Assembly (NCBI GenBank): GCA_030141605.1
Contig: JAQGDQ010000004.1
Span: 1,054,001 to 1,118,000, forward strand
Source: Tubiluchus corallicola
Lineage: Eukaryota; Animalia; Priapulida
DNA length: 64,000 bases
Reading direction: 5' to 3'
This document shows positions 1 through 11,150 of this stretch, one piece after another; the first letter of the stretch is position 1; every line of letters begins with the position of its first letter. Below the pieces are notes generated by a model. It did no database searches, was not told the origin of the DNA, and saw only the letters and a list, made by a program, of their open reading frames with translations. The position numbers and the translations under genes were made by a program.

Positions 1-1
1 A

Positions 2-469
2 GTCTTATATGGACCATTAGAGTACGTAGACGAAAGCGCTATTACAATCATGGTGAAGGACCTTCTCAATTCTGATCATCGCTGTAAATTTTCTGATTAC
101 GAGAAAAGATATCCTACTTGCACTTCAGATTGTGCTATAGTTCTGCGAGAGCTTGCTGAGAGAAAGCTGGCAGACCCATCTTTGTCTGGTACTTTTCACT
201 GGAGTGGAGATGAGAGGTTAACACGCTTCCTTATGGTTGAATATATGGCTGAAGTATTCCATTTGCCAATGTACCATGTAGAGCCAAATCCCGTTCCTGT
301 ACTCGGCACACCGCGACCATACAATGCTGCATTGGATTGCTCAAAGCTGCAGTCATTGGGTATAGGATTGCAAAGAACATCCTTCAGAGATGGAATCAAA
401 CTTTGTTTGGAGCCATTTGTCAAAGAAATAATTGCTGATTCAGATAAGTTGCCTGATAAGAATGATTGA
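2..469 (+). CDS. MAT2B: Methionine adenosyltransferase 2 subunit beta (RmlD-like), C-terminal part; gene starts upstream of the window
   Basis: The frame is open from base 2 (VLYGPLEYVDESAITIM...). Motifs RYPT...LAERKLADPSLSGTFHWSGDERLT and PVLGTPRPYNAALDCSKLQSLGIG...SFRDGIK match the recalled MAT2B C-terminus (GTFHWSGNE, PVLGAQRPRNAQLDCSKL). Stop TGA at 467-469; AATAAA at 685-690. Confidence 0.93.
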   Translation, partial: VLYGPLEYVDESAITIMVKDLLNSDHRCKFSDYEKRYPTCTSDCAIVLRELAERKLADPSLSGTFHWSGDERLTRFLMVEYMAEVFHLPMYHVEPNPVPVLGTPRPYNAALDCSKLQSLGIGLQRTSFRDGIKLCLEPFVKEIIADSDKLPDKND

Positions 470-2742
470 GTTTCATTTTATTAACTATGCAAGGACTACT
501 GCCAAATAAGGAAGCATTAATGACAGAAAGTTCTGCTGGAACAAATATTTCATACATAGAAATTCTGTCATTGCTACTTCTTTTTTTCTGTCCCTAATTC
601 ATTATGTCTTTAGCATTTGATTGTAACTTTGAAAGGTTTTGTACTTAGGATGGTGTCTCATAACCTAGCCTAATGTGTTACTATAATAAACTTAGAGTTT
701 AGAAAATACTAACTATTATAAATCTGTTACTGTTATCATTACTTTGCGTTAAGTGTTTTTCATGATCGAGAATTTCTGATTGTTGAAGAGTGTTAAAGTT
801 ATAAATCAAGATGCAGAAGAATGATTTGCATGAAAGAACACTCCAATTTATTTTTATATTGCACTTTTAAATAATATAACTAAAAATATAAAACAACAGT
901 TTATGTTTCTAGTGAAATATTGGTGCATTAAAATGTATATTTGGTATGTTTCACAATATATCTCATCCTCTGAATTCAGTATCTACAACTAGTGCTCATT
1001 AAGGGACATATTGGTGCCAAAAATTTCTCTTCATAAAAACCCTTCTATCTAAAATGTGTTTTTGGTACCAACATGTTTCTTGCTTGTTTCATTTTCTAAT
1101 TGAGAAATTTTTTAATTTGTCAAATTATTTTTCTATAATTGTATAACATTTAGTTTTCTGTTACTATAACTTCCATAATATTATTATAGATTGTATTTTT
1201 TCTAAAATCTTATGCAGTTAGGTTTTCCTCCAATTCTCCATCTTTATGTATTATCTTATGGTAATTAAATAAACTGCATGAACAAGTTGATGATTGTAGA
1301 TTATATTGAAGTTGTAGTACTCCTTTAACTAGAAAGGTTGTTAAGTAGTTCATTTTTTTTCTTACTTTGCAAGTTTTGATTGATTATAAACAAAAGAAGT
1401 AAATGTTAAAATAAAAAATGCATTCTGTGGTTATTGTTGAATACATTACGTAATGTTTGACATTATCTTCTTGATTTAACAAGAAATATTATAAAATTAA
1501 GAATGAGCTAACCATTACGATGTCAGCGGCTTATATAAGATGGCAAAGTTAACGGACTGTAAAATCGCATGCACAGCCGCTATACAAGAATGATATTGTT
1601 TAGAGGTAGCAACTATTTTTTTCTTATGGAATACAGCAAATCCTCGCTTAATGACACTAATGCGTTCCGGCAAAATGCTATGGTAACCGAAATGTTGTTA
1701 AATGAAACCGAGACTTCCATAGAAAGTAATGTACAAGAATTGAGATACGTTGATTGAGGTGCTGCTTTAAACATATAAATTAAATGTTTTCAGTTTTGTT
1801 CATATTTCTACCAATTAATTTCTTTCTTACCAATTTTTAACACCTGTTTCTTTTTCCTAAATGTTGAAGCCCTATGTACTTAACGGTTAAACACTGCATA
1901 GTGGAAGCTAAGCCGTTGCTGAGACAATTTCATCTAGATGCTCAGTCTTGTTGCCATAGGAACAGGTTGCAGGCAAAATTCTTTCACATGCAGTTTGCAT
2001 TCAGGTGCTTGGGAGGCATATAAATTGCTAATAGATCTTATTATCCTCGATACAAATGACTAGCATTTAATAGTCAGTCGGAAAGCAAAACATATAGTAA
2101 TTGTCTTACATTACTTGTGTGTTTTGGAATAATACAGTATGTACTGTTTTAATGTTTCAAATATTTTTAAAAGTTTTTGATCAATTAAAAAATGACTGAA
2201 CAAAGTAAAAAGTTCTCATCAAAATGAAACGTGTGCGATAACTGAGGAAAAGGTGTCAAATTTTCAGCGTCGTTAAAATGAAACATTACTAAGCAGGTAG
2301 TCGTTGAGCGACCAGTGAAGTTTGAACCAATAAAAATTGGAGCAATTTCTAAAAGCACATTTTAATAGCCCCCAGTTCAAAAGGGAAACCTGCCCTTGTT
2401 TTTTCTTAGCTTTGCCTTTCCATAAATGATTAATTTCACAGAATTGGGACAACTACAGAAAGTTCCATAAAGAAATAAAAAGTTATGGCACCTCTATAAT
2501 TTATGTTGATAGGAATGAAAGAACAAAAAAGCACTTAATGTTCTTTGTGTTTTTTAATGATGAAACAATTTTTTTTAATTTCATAACTGGAAATTTGACC
2601 ATAAATAAAACAAAAACATTAACATATTAAACTAAAAACAAAACACTTATTCTTCAAAAATCACCAATTCAGCAATCATCAGCAAATAACCTGCTGATAG
2701 TTATATTATTTGTAGAGCGAGCTAAAAGCATAATTCAAGACT

Positions 2743-4452
2743 TTCTTTCTCACCATCCTCCTGGTAGATTTTCATCTGTCAGCCGGCGAACACTTGATAA
2801 CGTCTCTCCAGGTGTCTCTGTCTTCATACGTCTTCTCCTCCTCCACATCCACCAGTCGGATTCCTCTCCTCGCAAGCGCCTCTCCAACTCCATCAAGCCA
2901 TCTCTTCCGGGGCCTTCCCACTGGTCTTTTGCCTTGCGGCTTCCATTCAAGATATTTCTTTGCCAATCTCGTGTCGTCCATCCGCTTAATATGCCCATAC
3001 CACCTCAACTTGCTCTCCTCAATCTCTCTCAAGAGTGGTTTCACTGAGAGGTCTGACCTTATCTGTTCACTTCTGAGTCTGTCTATCCTTGTTACACCCC
3101 TTATAGTCCGAAGAACTTTCATTTCCACTGCCTGTAGTCTTGAGGATGTCTTCGTTGTAAGTGACCAACATTCAGCTCCATATGTTAGTATTGGTTTCAA
3201 TATTGTGTTATATATGGTTGTCTTGACTTGCTTGGGTATGCACTTCTCTTTCAATAGGGGATACATCATCATAAAATTTCTTGTATATTTCTCAATCCTC
3301 GCACTCAACTCCGTTTCATGAATATTTCCTTCATCCACAACCACCCCAAGGTATTTATAGGAATTTGCCTTGTGCAGCTTCCTGTCTTCCATATACACAT
3401 CAAATTCCTCTCTTCTACGGCTTATGTGCATGAACTCAGTCTTTCCCTTTGCCGTGTTTATGCTCATTCCATTATTATTCATTGTTGATAACCATGAACT
3501 GGCCACACCCTGCAGTTCTTGTATGGTGTCCACCATCACTGCCGCATCGTCCGCGTAGGCGAGGACTTGCTGGTTTGGTCGTGGGTTTGTATCTCTGATG
3601 CACTTGTCCATGAATATGATATATAGGAGCGGGGACAACCCGTCTCCTTGTCTTACACCTGCTTCGATGTTAAACCAGTCAGTCTCCACGTCTCCTTTTC
3701 TTACCTTACTCACACTATTGCTATAGATGCTCTTGATAACTCTTATCAGCTTTTTGGGAACAGAATACGGCGGCTCCGACATAATCTTCCAAAGCAGCTT
3801 TCTTGGGACACGGTCAAAAGCTTTCTCCATATCAATGAAGAGAGCAAATTTGTCCCTTCCCCACTCCCAGCTTTTCTCCATTATCATCTTCATCACAAAC
3901 ACAAGATCTGATGTACTTCGTCCTGGTCGAAATCCGTACTGCCATTCTCCCAATCTAGCCTCAACATGTGTACGAAGCCTCCTCTCGATTATACTACTGT
4001 ATAGCTTTCCACAGTGGGACAATAGGGAAATGCCCCTAAAATTTTCACAAAGAGCTTTATCTCCCTTTTTAAATATCGGGTTAATGACTCCTCTCTGCCA
4101 CTCTGGTGGTATAGTTTCTTGTCTGTATGCGTCCTGCATTATGGTTAGCAGGAGCTTCTGCACCTCCTCCCCAGCTTCCTTCACAACTTCTACAGGGAGG
4201 TCATCATCTCCTGTTGCTTTACCTCTCTTCATCCGTGTTATGGCCCCCGAGATCTCAGCTCCCGTGATGTCCTCGATGAGTTCATTCGGGTCGATCTCTA
4301 GGTCCACATCCACTTCCAATTCTTCACTTCCTCGTACGTTGAGCAAATCATCAAAGTATTCTCTCCATCTGTTAGCGATGTCATCTGGTTGCACGAGCAA
4401 TTGTCCATTTTGATCTTTAATTGCGTATGTTTGTTCTTTAGCACTAATTCTG
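2743..4452 (-). mobile_element. 5'-truncated RTE-clade non-LTR retrotransposon with 12-bp target-site duplication
   Basis: Flanked by identical TAATTCAAGACT at 2731-2742 and 4453-4464. Very short 3' UTR ends in a GAAA-type tail on the minus strand. More GC-rich than its flanks; no endonuclease domain (truncated). Confidence 0.92.
2772..4451 (-). CDS. Reverse transcriptase (RTE-like), uninterrupted about 559-codon frame, N-terminally truncated
   Basis: Motifs: PIFKKGDK..CENFRGISLL, QYGFRPGRST, FIDMEKAFDRV, GVRQGDGLSPLLY, YADD, YKYLG, LRWYGHIKRM, KRPVGRPRKRWLD (RTE C-terminal signature). The first ~24 codons of the listed 583-aa ORF lie in the TSD and flank and are not part of the element. Confidence 0.9.
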   Translation of the reverse strand, partial: RISAKEQTYAIKDQNGQLLVQPDDIANRWREYFDDLLNVRGSEELEVDVDLEIDPNELIEDITGAEISGAITRMKRGKATGDDDLPVEVVKEAGEEVQKLLLTIMQDAYRQETIPPEWQRGVINPIFKKGDKALCENFRGISLLSHCGKLYSSIIERRLRTHVEARLGEWQYGFRPGRSTSDLVFVMKMIMEKSWEWGRDKFALFIDMEKAFDRVPRKLLWKIMSEPPYSVPKKLIRVIKSIYSNSVSKVRKGDVETDWFNIEAGVRQGDGLSPLLYIIFMDKCIRDTNPRPNQQVLAYADDAAVMVDTIQELQGVASSWLSTMNNNGMSINTAKGKTEFMHISRRREEFDVYMEDRKLHKANSYKYLGVVVDEGNIHETELSARIEKYTRNFMMMYPLLKEKCIPKQVKTTIYNTILKPILTYGAECWSLTTKTSSRLQAVEMKVLRTIRGVTRIDRLRSEQIRSDLSVKPLLREIEESKLRWYGHIKRMDDTRLAKKYLEWKPQGKRPVGRPRKRWLDGVGEALARRGIRLVDVEEEKTYEDRDTWRDVIKCSPADR

Positions 4453-4949
4453 TAATTCAAGACTGAAATATGAAATAATTCAAGGCTACAATAAACCATG
4501 AAATAATTCAAGACTGCAAACATTAAATAAGTTGAAAGGTGTGATTACGGTAACACTTGAATTAGTATTTTGATACGCCATTTAAGTTTTTCTGACGTTT
4601 ATTCCCATCCATTTAGTACCCTGCTGTTCTTATTATATATTGCTGTGATAAAGTTAATAAGAAAAGTGATGACTGCACAATAAATAAAAAATTTGGTAGG
4701 AAACTTTTGTTCTTTTACTTCACTAATCATAATCATAATCTTTTATTTATCTTGCAACAGTTATAATCCAAACAAACAAAAAAATTGTGCATAATTTTTG
4801 ACAGTCATAAAAATAAATTATCGTGCAAATAATGGGACTGAAAATCAGGTGTATCTATATAATGGTATATTGAAGTACATTAAATTGGGCGTTAATTTTT
4901 ATGCACAGGCATACAGAAATTATAATTTACATAACAAAAAGCGGATCAT

Positions 4950-5985
4950 GTGGGGAAAAAACAGGTGGAATCCCAAAATTACATACCAAACAATATTATA
5001 AATTGTGTGTTATAATCGTGCATAAGCAAGCAAATGTATAATGGAGCCATTAAAAATTACAAAGAGATTTTCGATTATCAGAGGTAAAGTACTTAGGCAG
5101 ATATTTGAAGCACAAAAAAATTAACTGGATGACTGCATGAGGAGAGTGACAATCGGAACCTAGGAAAAGTCATTGTTTTGATAATTTTATTATGGGCTGC
5201 TGTAAGTGGTTTCAGAACAGATTTTGTTGCTGTGCCTCATGACAAGATACAATAGTCAATATGTGGGTACACAATGGCAAAGTAAATCATTTTTAGGATA
5301 TCCGTGTTCAAGTAATGCCTCAATTTACAAAATATACCTGTAACTTTGCTTACTTTGTAGGTAATATTTTTTGTGTGTTGGCCAATTAAACCTGTCATCT
5401 ATGTAAACTCCCAGATATTTTATGTCTCATAATTGCTCAAATAAAAAGTCTTGCATGGATACTGTTATACTAGAGTTTTCATTGTTGACAAACTTATTTT
5501 TTTGATCATAAATTTTGTTTTACTATAGTTTACTGTTAACTTATTTGTACGCATCCATGTGCTAATTTCGATCAGTTCTTCATTACTTCTAAGCTCGAGA
5601 TTATGTGTGTCGTTGTCTGCTAAGAAGAGGTTAATGTCATCAGTAAAAATTCGAGTTTGCATGTTAGTACAAAGAGGAAGGTCATTTATATATAATCAGG
5701 AAAAGAAGTGGACGCAAAGGGAATCCTTGAGGTACGCCACATTGTATTGGGCATGGGTCGGAGGCAAAATTGTCAACTACAGTAAATTTGTATCTGTTTG
5801 TAAGATATGACTGGAATAGCTTTTGAGCGATTCCACGGATACCATAATAGTCCATTTTTTGAGTAAAATATCATGTTGAATGGTGTCAAATGCTTTTGTT
5901 AAATCAAGAAAGATGAGTGATTTATTGTCTAGGTTTGTCAGAAGAATTGTCTATGATTTCAGCAGTTGCTAGTAATAATTTTATA
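4950..5985 (-). mobile_element. Decayed CR1/L2-group LINE fragment (RT pseudogene)
   Basis: Minus-strand remnants across frameshifts and stops: IFLDLTKAFDTIQHDILL, CGVPQG, INDLPLCT..TRIFTDDINLF (FADD-like), WMRTNKLTVNYSKTKFM, IKYLGVYIDD, KMIYFAIVYPHIDYCILS*G. Boundaries approximate. Confidence 0.85.
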
Positions 5986-7229
5986 ATTTCAACCTATAAC
6001 TAATAAGCAACACAGATGTAACGTAACAAAACTCAGAATAAGCGATCATGACCAACAAACTGAAAAAGGCAAATATATAATCCAAAAAGAAAATGAAAGA
6101 CTCTGTTCCTTCTGTATCAGTAGTAAAGATAACATACAAAACCCAATGGGAGACGAACACCACTTACTGAATACCTCCCATATAAACAAATCTGACAAAA
6201 ATACGAAAATCGTTTTCATAATTAAATTAATTTTTAAATGGCTCAGTTTTTTCCATATTTTGGTTATTTAGCTCCAACAATAGGTCGAACCTTAACAATT
6301 TTGGTAGCTTTATCAGTGAATGCATGCTCTGCAGATCAAACGAAACTCTCTATACCACACACAAACAGTAATGAGCGATACTGGTTGAACATTATTTTGT
6401 CTAATGTAAATATGTATAAGCTTTTGACATTAGTAGTCTTCGTGTGCTAATTTATTGCAAGTACTTTGTGTAATAGTTATAATAAATCATAGCCCATTTT
6501 TCAATATTATTTTTTCTCACAAATTTGAGCAAATAAACTGAATTTAATTGAATTGAATTCTCTGAAGTATTCAAATGCTTAAGAGTTAAGAAATTTACTT
6601 AAGAGTTAATACATTGCATAAAGTACAGTTTATTAATTGTTTTATATTGTATTTTTATAGGCTTCACATATTTATAAGTTTGGATCGCAGTCCACATCAG
6701 TTCAAGAAACTTAAGTCGGCAACAACTTCTCCGATCTCCACAAAAGAAGAAATCAGCATTATAGCAGCAAACTTTGACCATAATTCTTTTATAACTCATT
6801 CATTATTATTTTATTCTTTTTATTCTTTTTGAGCTTTTATTCAAATGGTTGAAACAAATACTACTTAAGTCATTTTTTCCTTTTCTTTCATTGCTGAAAA
6901 ATGCAACATTTAACTGTGATTTTGTATCAGTGTACTTCTATTTAATTAGTTAGCTAAGATATTTATGATGTTATACTAAAAATGTTAATTATTATTATTA
7001 TTACTACTAACACTGAAAATAACGTTTTGTGCAAAGCTTTTATGAATTAACTTTACGTGTATGCACTATTTGGCATGTATGTACTGCATTGTGTTTTGCC
7101 AATGTACACTATAATTATGTACTTGAGCAATAAATTGAATTGAATTGCTACTCTGCAAATTTGTGTGTATGATTAGTCATTAGTTGCCATGTTGTTTACT
7201 AAAGACAGTTGTTTTCCAGCTGCAGCTGT

Positions 7230-7402
7230 CTCTAATGCCCTGGGCGTGCTACGTCAGAGCGAAGCCGGAGCGATAGACCAATATGTTTGACTAGGAAGAT
7301 GGACTTCCATCTCGACTTTAAAAATAGATGGCACTGATGTCGCGAGTTTCGCGAAAACAGCTATGGCGGCCTGTCGTTTGTTGGTCTTACAATAAAATAA
7401 AG
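7230..7402 (+). promoter_or_regulatory. Putative promoter and non-coding first exon of LIX1L
   Basis: Local CpG enrichment, two TCGCGA palindromes near 7340-7355 and an ATGGCGGC (YY1-like) motif at 7363. It ends in donor AAG|GTAAAA at 7402/7403, and the first coding exon has a free acceptor (TTACAG at 13948-13953). Inference only. Confidence 0.4.
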
Positions 7403-10021
7403 GTAAAACCATTAAAATAGTTGTTAACTTTTGTTTTTGTACGCTGGACAACTTAGTAAACGAAGTACAGTTTCAAATAAATACCAGGGCCCGTTTGTTA
7501 TGGATTAATCACCTGTGATTTGTGCCCTCGCGTTTAAGTATAACTTTGTAGGTTGCAAGGTCGTCGCTGTGTAATGTGTAATACTCGATTTGAAATAGGT
7601 TTTACTAACAGACTTATCTAACACTAACTCAATTATTTTGATGCGAATTATGAGATTTTATTCATAAGCTGACCGTAATTCCAAGTATTTGGGGGTGGTT
7701 AATGCGATAAGTAATGTTCGTTGCGTCCATAACTAACCACCCCTTCGCCTATCGGTATACATAGCAACTGAAAATTAATTATAACGTCATAGTTACATTT
7801 TATTTTAAGTCGTTATAGATATACTGTACTAATACTTCTTACGAACAGGTGAAAAAATTAATGAATGTTAATTTGTTTTTAAAGTACTGACAGGAACATG
7901 CTGTCATTGCAGGTTCATTTCATTTCTAATCTTTTAAGAACTCTTTAACCTGGAAATTGGGTTGATATATACAAACTTTAATTTTTGCCAATGTTTAGTG
8001 AATGATCTTGTTTAAAAAATTACGTCATGGAAATTGAATTTATTATTAATGCATTAAAGTTATGATGATTCTGATTATGGGTTTGATTATGCATATAAAT
8101 ATTATCATTTTCTCTCTGATTTGTTTTCATAATTTAATATATGTTTGTGTGCATCATTGGGAACGCTTTTTGATAGTGACATCATTTTACACTTGAGCTG
8201 TTTGCACACTTTTTAAACATAATTCTGTAATATTTTGCACAAGAAGGTAAGCAGTTTTTATCATAAGGTTAAGTGTTACACTTAGGACGATAACCTTGCA
8301 AAGCAGCAAAAGTGATTTTTAGTGATGGCGAGGTTAGGTAGGCAATGTGGTGTAGAGAGCTAGCAACTTGTAAAAATTTTAATAGTTTGTTTCTAAAACT
8401 GATGCATAACACTGTATAATTATTACAGTTTCCTATACTGATATAATAAAATAGCCTACAGTAAAATAGGATGATATAATATAAAATTTAATATAATATA
8501 AAACAGTAATATAAAATTTCTATAGGATGAAACACATTTACTTCATTTCATACAACAAATAAAACAAAAATTTTATATTTTGAAAGCAGCTTTCAGCCTC
8601 TATACTTGAGGGGTCTATATAATATAGGTAAACATTTTAATGATTTTATCATATATAATATAGTAAAACTACTTTGATTTTATTACATGTGAATCATCAG
8701 CACAGCTTTAGCAGTTTTTGGACTAAGCACACTTAAACAGCAAGCCCTGCATATTGTCAAAGATGCCAAAACAGTTAAACAACAAACAAAATTTACAAGC
8801 AAACTTAAAAAAGCTAAAATATCATACTTAACAATTACAATTGGTTGGAAATTAAATGGGCAAACATTTATATAGATTTAGCTTTATTACCTTGCATTTG
8901 GGATTTTGGCTTGGTTGTGTGTATGTTTAGAAAATATGAGATCGGCTGCAAACATTTGATATTCCCGTACAGTTTTAAGACACATTTGGCTGACTGACAT
9001 CAACCCTAATCCGTAGCTCATCCAGGAAATTTGGACAGGTAGTCCCCAATTACATCAAGGACGAATATCACTGGATGCAAGCACTTATCACCATTGTTGC
9101 AAACACATCTAGAGATAGATCTGTATCTCCAAGGTTAGCCAAAAAGTACTACTTATTCAGGGCTGAATGGGAAAGCACTTGTTACAGCCAACTAATGGTT
9201 GTTACATCCACGGACAGGAGATGTTACCTCTGTTTTCTGTAAAAGTAAGCTACAGTTCCAACGATGGCACCATTCTCAGCGATCTATATATGAAACGAAA
9301 GGTCTTGCTCTAGTGTCTTTTCATTGGTGGTTTATTTTTCGAATTGGGCCCACGGGGAGGAGCGGGACGCAAAAAACCTCCAAAAATGGCCCTTTTCTGC
9401 CTGTTTTTTATAAAACTTATAGCTCTTATCTCTGGAGAATGAGAATGTGCCAGATATGGTGTTTATAATGATTGGGTGGCCCGTTCGATGGTGGGTGTTA
9501 CAGGTATATTCAGAATTCCCGGCGTCCACTAACATTTTAATCGAAAAGCCTGTAGAACGAACGGTCCAGCTACCCCGTTGGGACTCTTGGAAGGAGATTT
9601 ACAGCTATGTGGGAAGAGGAGGAACAGGGCTACATGTCAATGGGGGTCTCTTCTGGAGTCGCCTCCACCAATTCCTGCGGGCCACGTGCAGTTTGATCAA
9701 GGAGCCTAGTACAGTAGGATCTAATAACGATTTTTTGCATCCGATCTTTACATTAAAAAACCATAGATTTCACCTTTCATGTCAGATAGTGGTAATTTCA
9801 TTACAATGCATATTAGTAATGTGTGTGTGTCACTCAGTCTATGTAATTCAGTGCATATTAATCTGTCTTGACTCGATGTTCTTCTTCAATTTTCCTCTTG
9901 TTCTTATCCATGTTTCTGGTCTATGAGAACACTACACCTGGTGAAGCGATGAAACAACCACTGGTCGAGGCGTCTACTACTGAGACTAAGCAGAAACTAA
10001 AATCTGGTAATCTCCCTATGT

Positions 10022-10602
10022 CAGGGGTGACCACACTTTTTCAGCTTGCCCGCTACTTACAAACTGATCTGCCCAGACGTCTGCTTGGTCATAGTAGGTA
10101 GATCATATTGACTTGGTTATTTTATAATTTTACTTATAATTTATTTTGCAAAATAACCAAGTCAAAATGATCTACCTGATGTGACCAAGAAGACGACTGG
10201 GCAGTTCAAGAGACCCGATAATGGAAGCCTAGAGATTGGCTGGTTGGTGTTCCTACCAGCCAATCAAATTACTTTCTCGCATTTCGTGCACATTTGAGCA
10301 TTTTAATAGCGGCTTCCGCGATAGTTGTTGTGTTCTTTACATCACTTTTTTGTGTTCCAAGTGAGCAACGTGCAATTTCGTTATGTCCGACAGTGCTATT
10401 AAGTGACAACCGTCTTGTAAGGGTTAATGCCATCCGATCTGGTGGAAAAAACTACCCGCACTATCTTTGCGATCATGGCACAGACTTCAGTTGGATACAC
10501 TCAATTCATCGCCTGGGCCACACTTTGATTAGGCTGACAAACCTCTTCGAGGGCTGCACAAGATCTCTTGGCGGACCGCAAGCCGCAGTTTGCACACCCC
10601 TG
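10022..10602. mobile_element. Non-autonomous hAT (Charlie-like) element
   Basis: Termini CAGGGGTGACCACACT and (reverse complement) CAGGGGTGTGCAAACT. The right end has the typical GCGGACCGCAAGCCGCAGTTTGCACACCCCTG. The 8-bp flanks CCCTATGT and CTTTATAC match only weakly. Confidence 0.55.
10069..10204. repeat. Long inverted repeat (55-bp arms, 26-nt AT loop)
   Basis: 10069-10123 pairs with 10150-10204 with 6 mismatches. Confidence 0.9.
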
Positions 10603-10799
10603 CTTTATACTCTGTCTGTGATTTTGCTTCTGTAAGAGCTGCTGCTGGCTGTTATAATAATAAGTGTTATAATGTTAGTCTATTACAATCAAAAGGAGAG
10701 TTTACAAGCACTATGTAGAATGTCCGTGCATTATTGATCATTAGTGGATGGATGTAATAGCTTTTGTCATAGCGTACAGTTTCAACTTTGTACAAAATA

Positions 10800-11150
10800 T
10801 TTTGCATGGTTTTGCTGTGCTGTTGGTGTTGATGTTGCAGGTGTAGTCATTGTCATCGTCATGATCGCTATATGAATTGGATGGATTTGGTGTAGTGGGT
10901 GTGGTGAGTGTAATGTTGGTTGTTGTTGTGGTGTAGGATGCTGTGAATGGTGTCGTATAGCGTGATTGGTGTGGCATGGTTGTTGTGGCAGTTGAACGGT
11001 GCATTGGGTGTAGTGTGGTGGGTGTGGCTTGGTGTGCATCATGTGGTGTGAGTGGTTTCAAACTTGGTGGGTCAAGTCGCATGTATGTCATGGTGTGAGT
11101 GATGCAGCGTGGGTTTTATGATGGATGTGGTGTGGGTTGCATATGTCTGC
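10800..11150. repeat. GT-rich low-complexity, degenerate simple repeat
   Basis: Runs of TGGTG, GTGTG and TTG; the overlapping Thr/His/Pro-rich ORFs are compositional artefacts. Confidence 0.7.

Noticed and set aside
2794-4413. Plus-strand ORFs of 175, 87 and 228 aa
   Set aside because: Antisense shadows of the RTE RT frame with no recognisable motifs.
4452-4523. ATG-initiated N-terminus making the RT ORF look like a complete 583-aa gene
   Set aside because: These codons lie in the TSD and host flank; the in-frame ATG is most likely fortuitous and there is no evidence of domestication.
9199-10101. Cluster of 67-159 aa ORFs and a weak inverted pair near 9350 and 9575
   Set aside because: No protein motifs; looks like non-autonomous repeat interior, and the termini are too degenerate to classify.
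10741-11091. Thr/Pro/His-rich mucin-like ORFs
   Set aside because: Explained by GT-rich low-complexity DNA; no splice partners or signal peptide.
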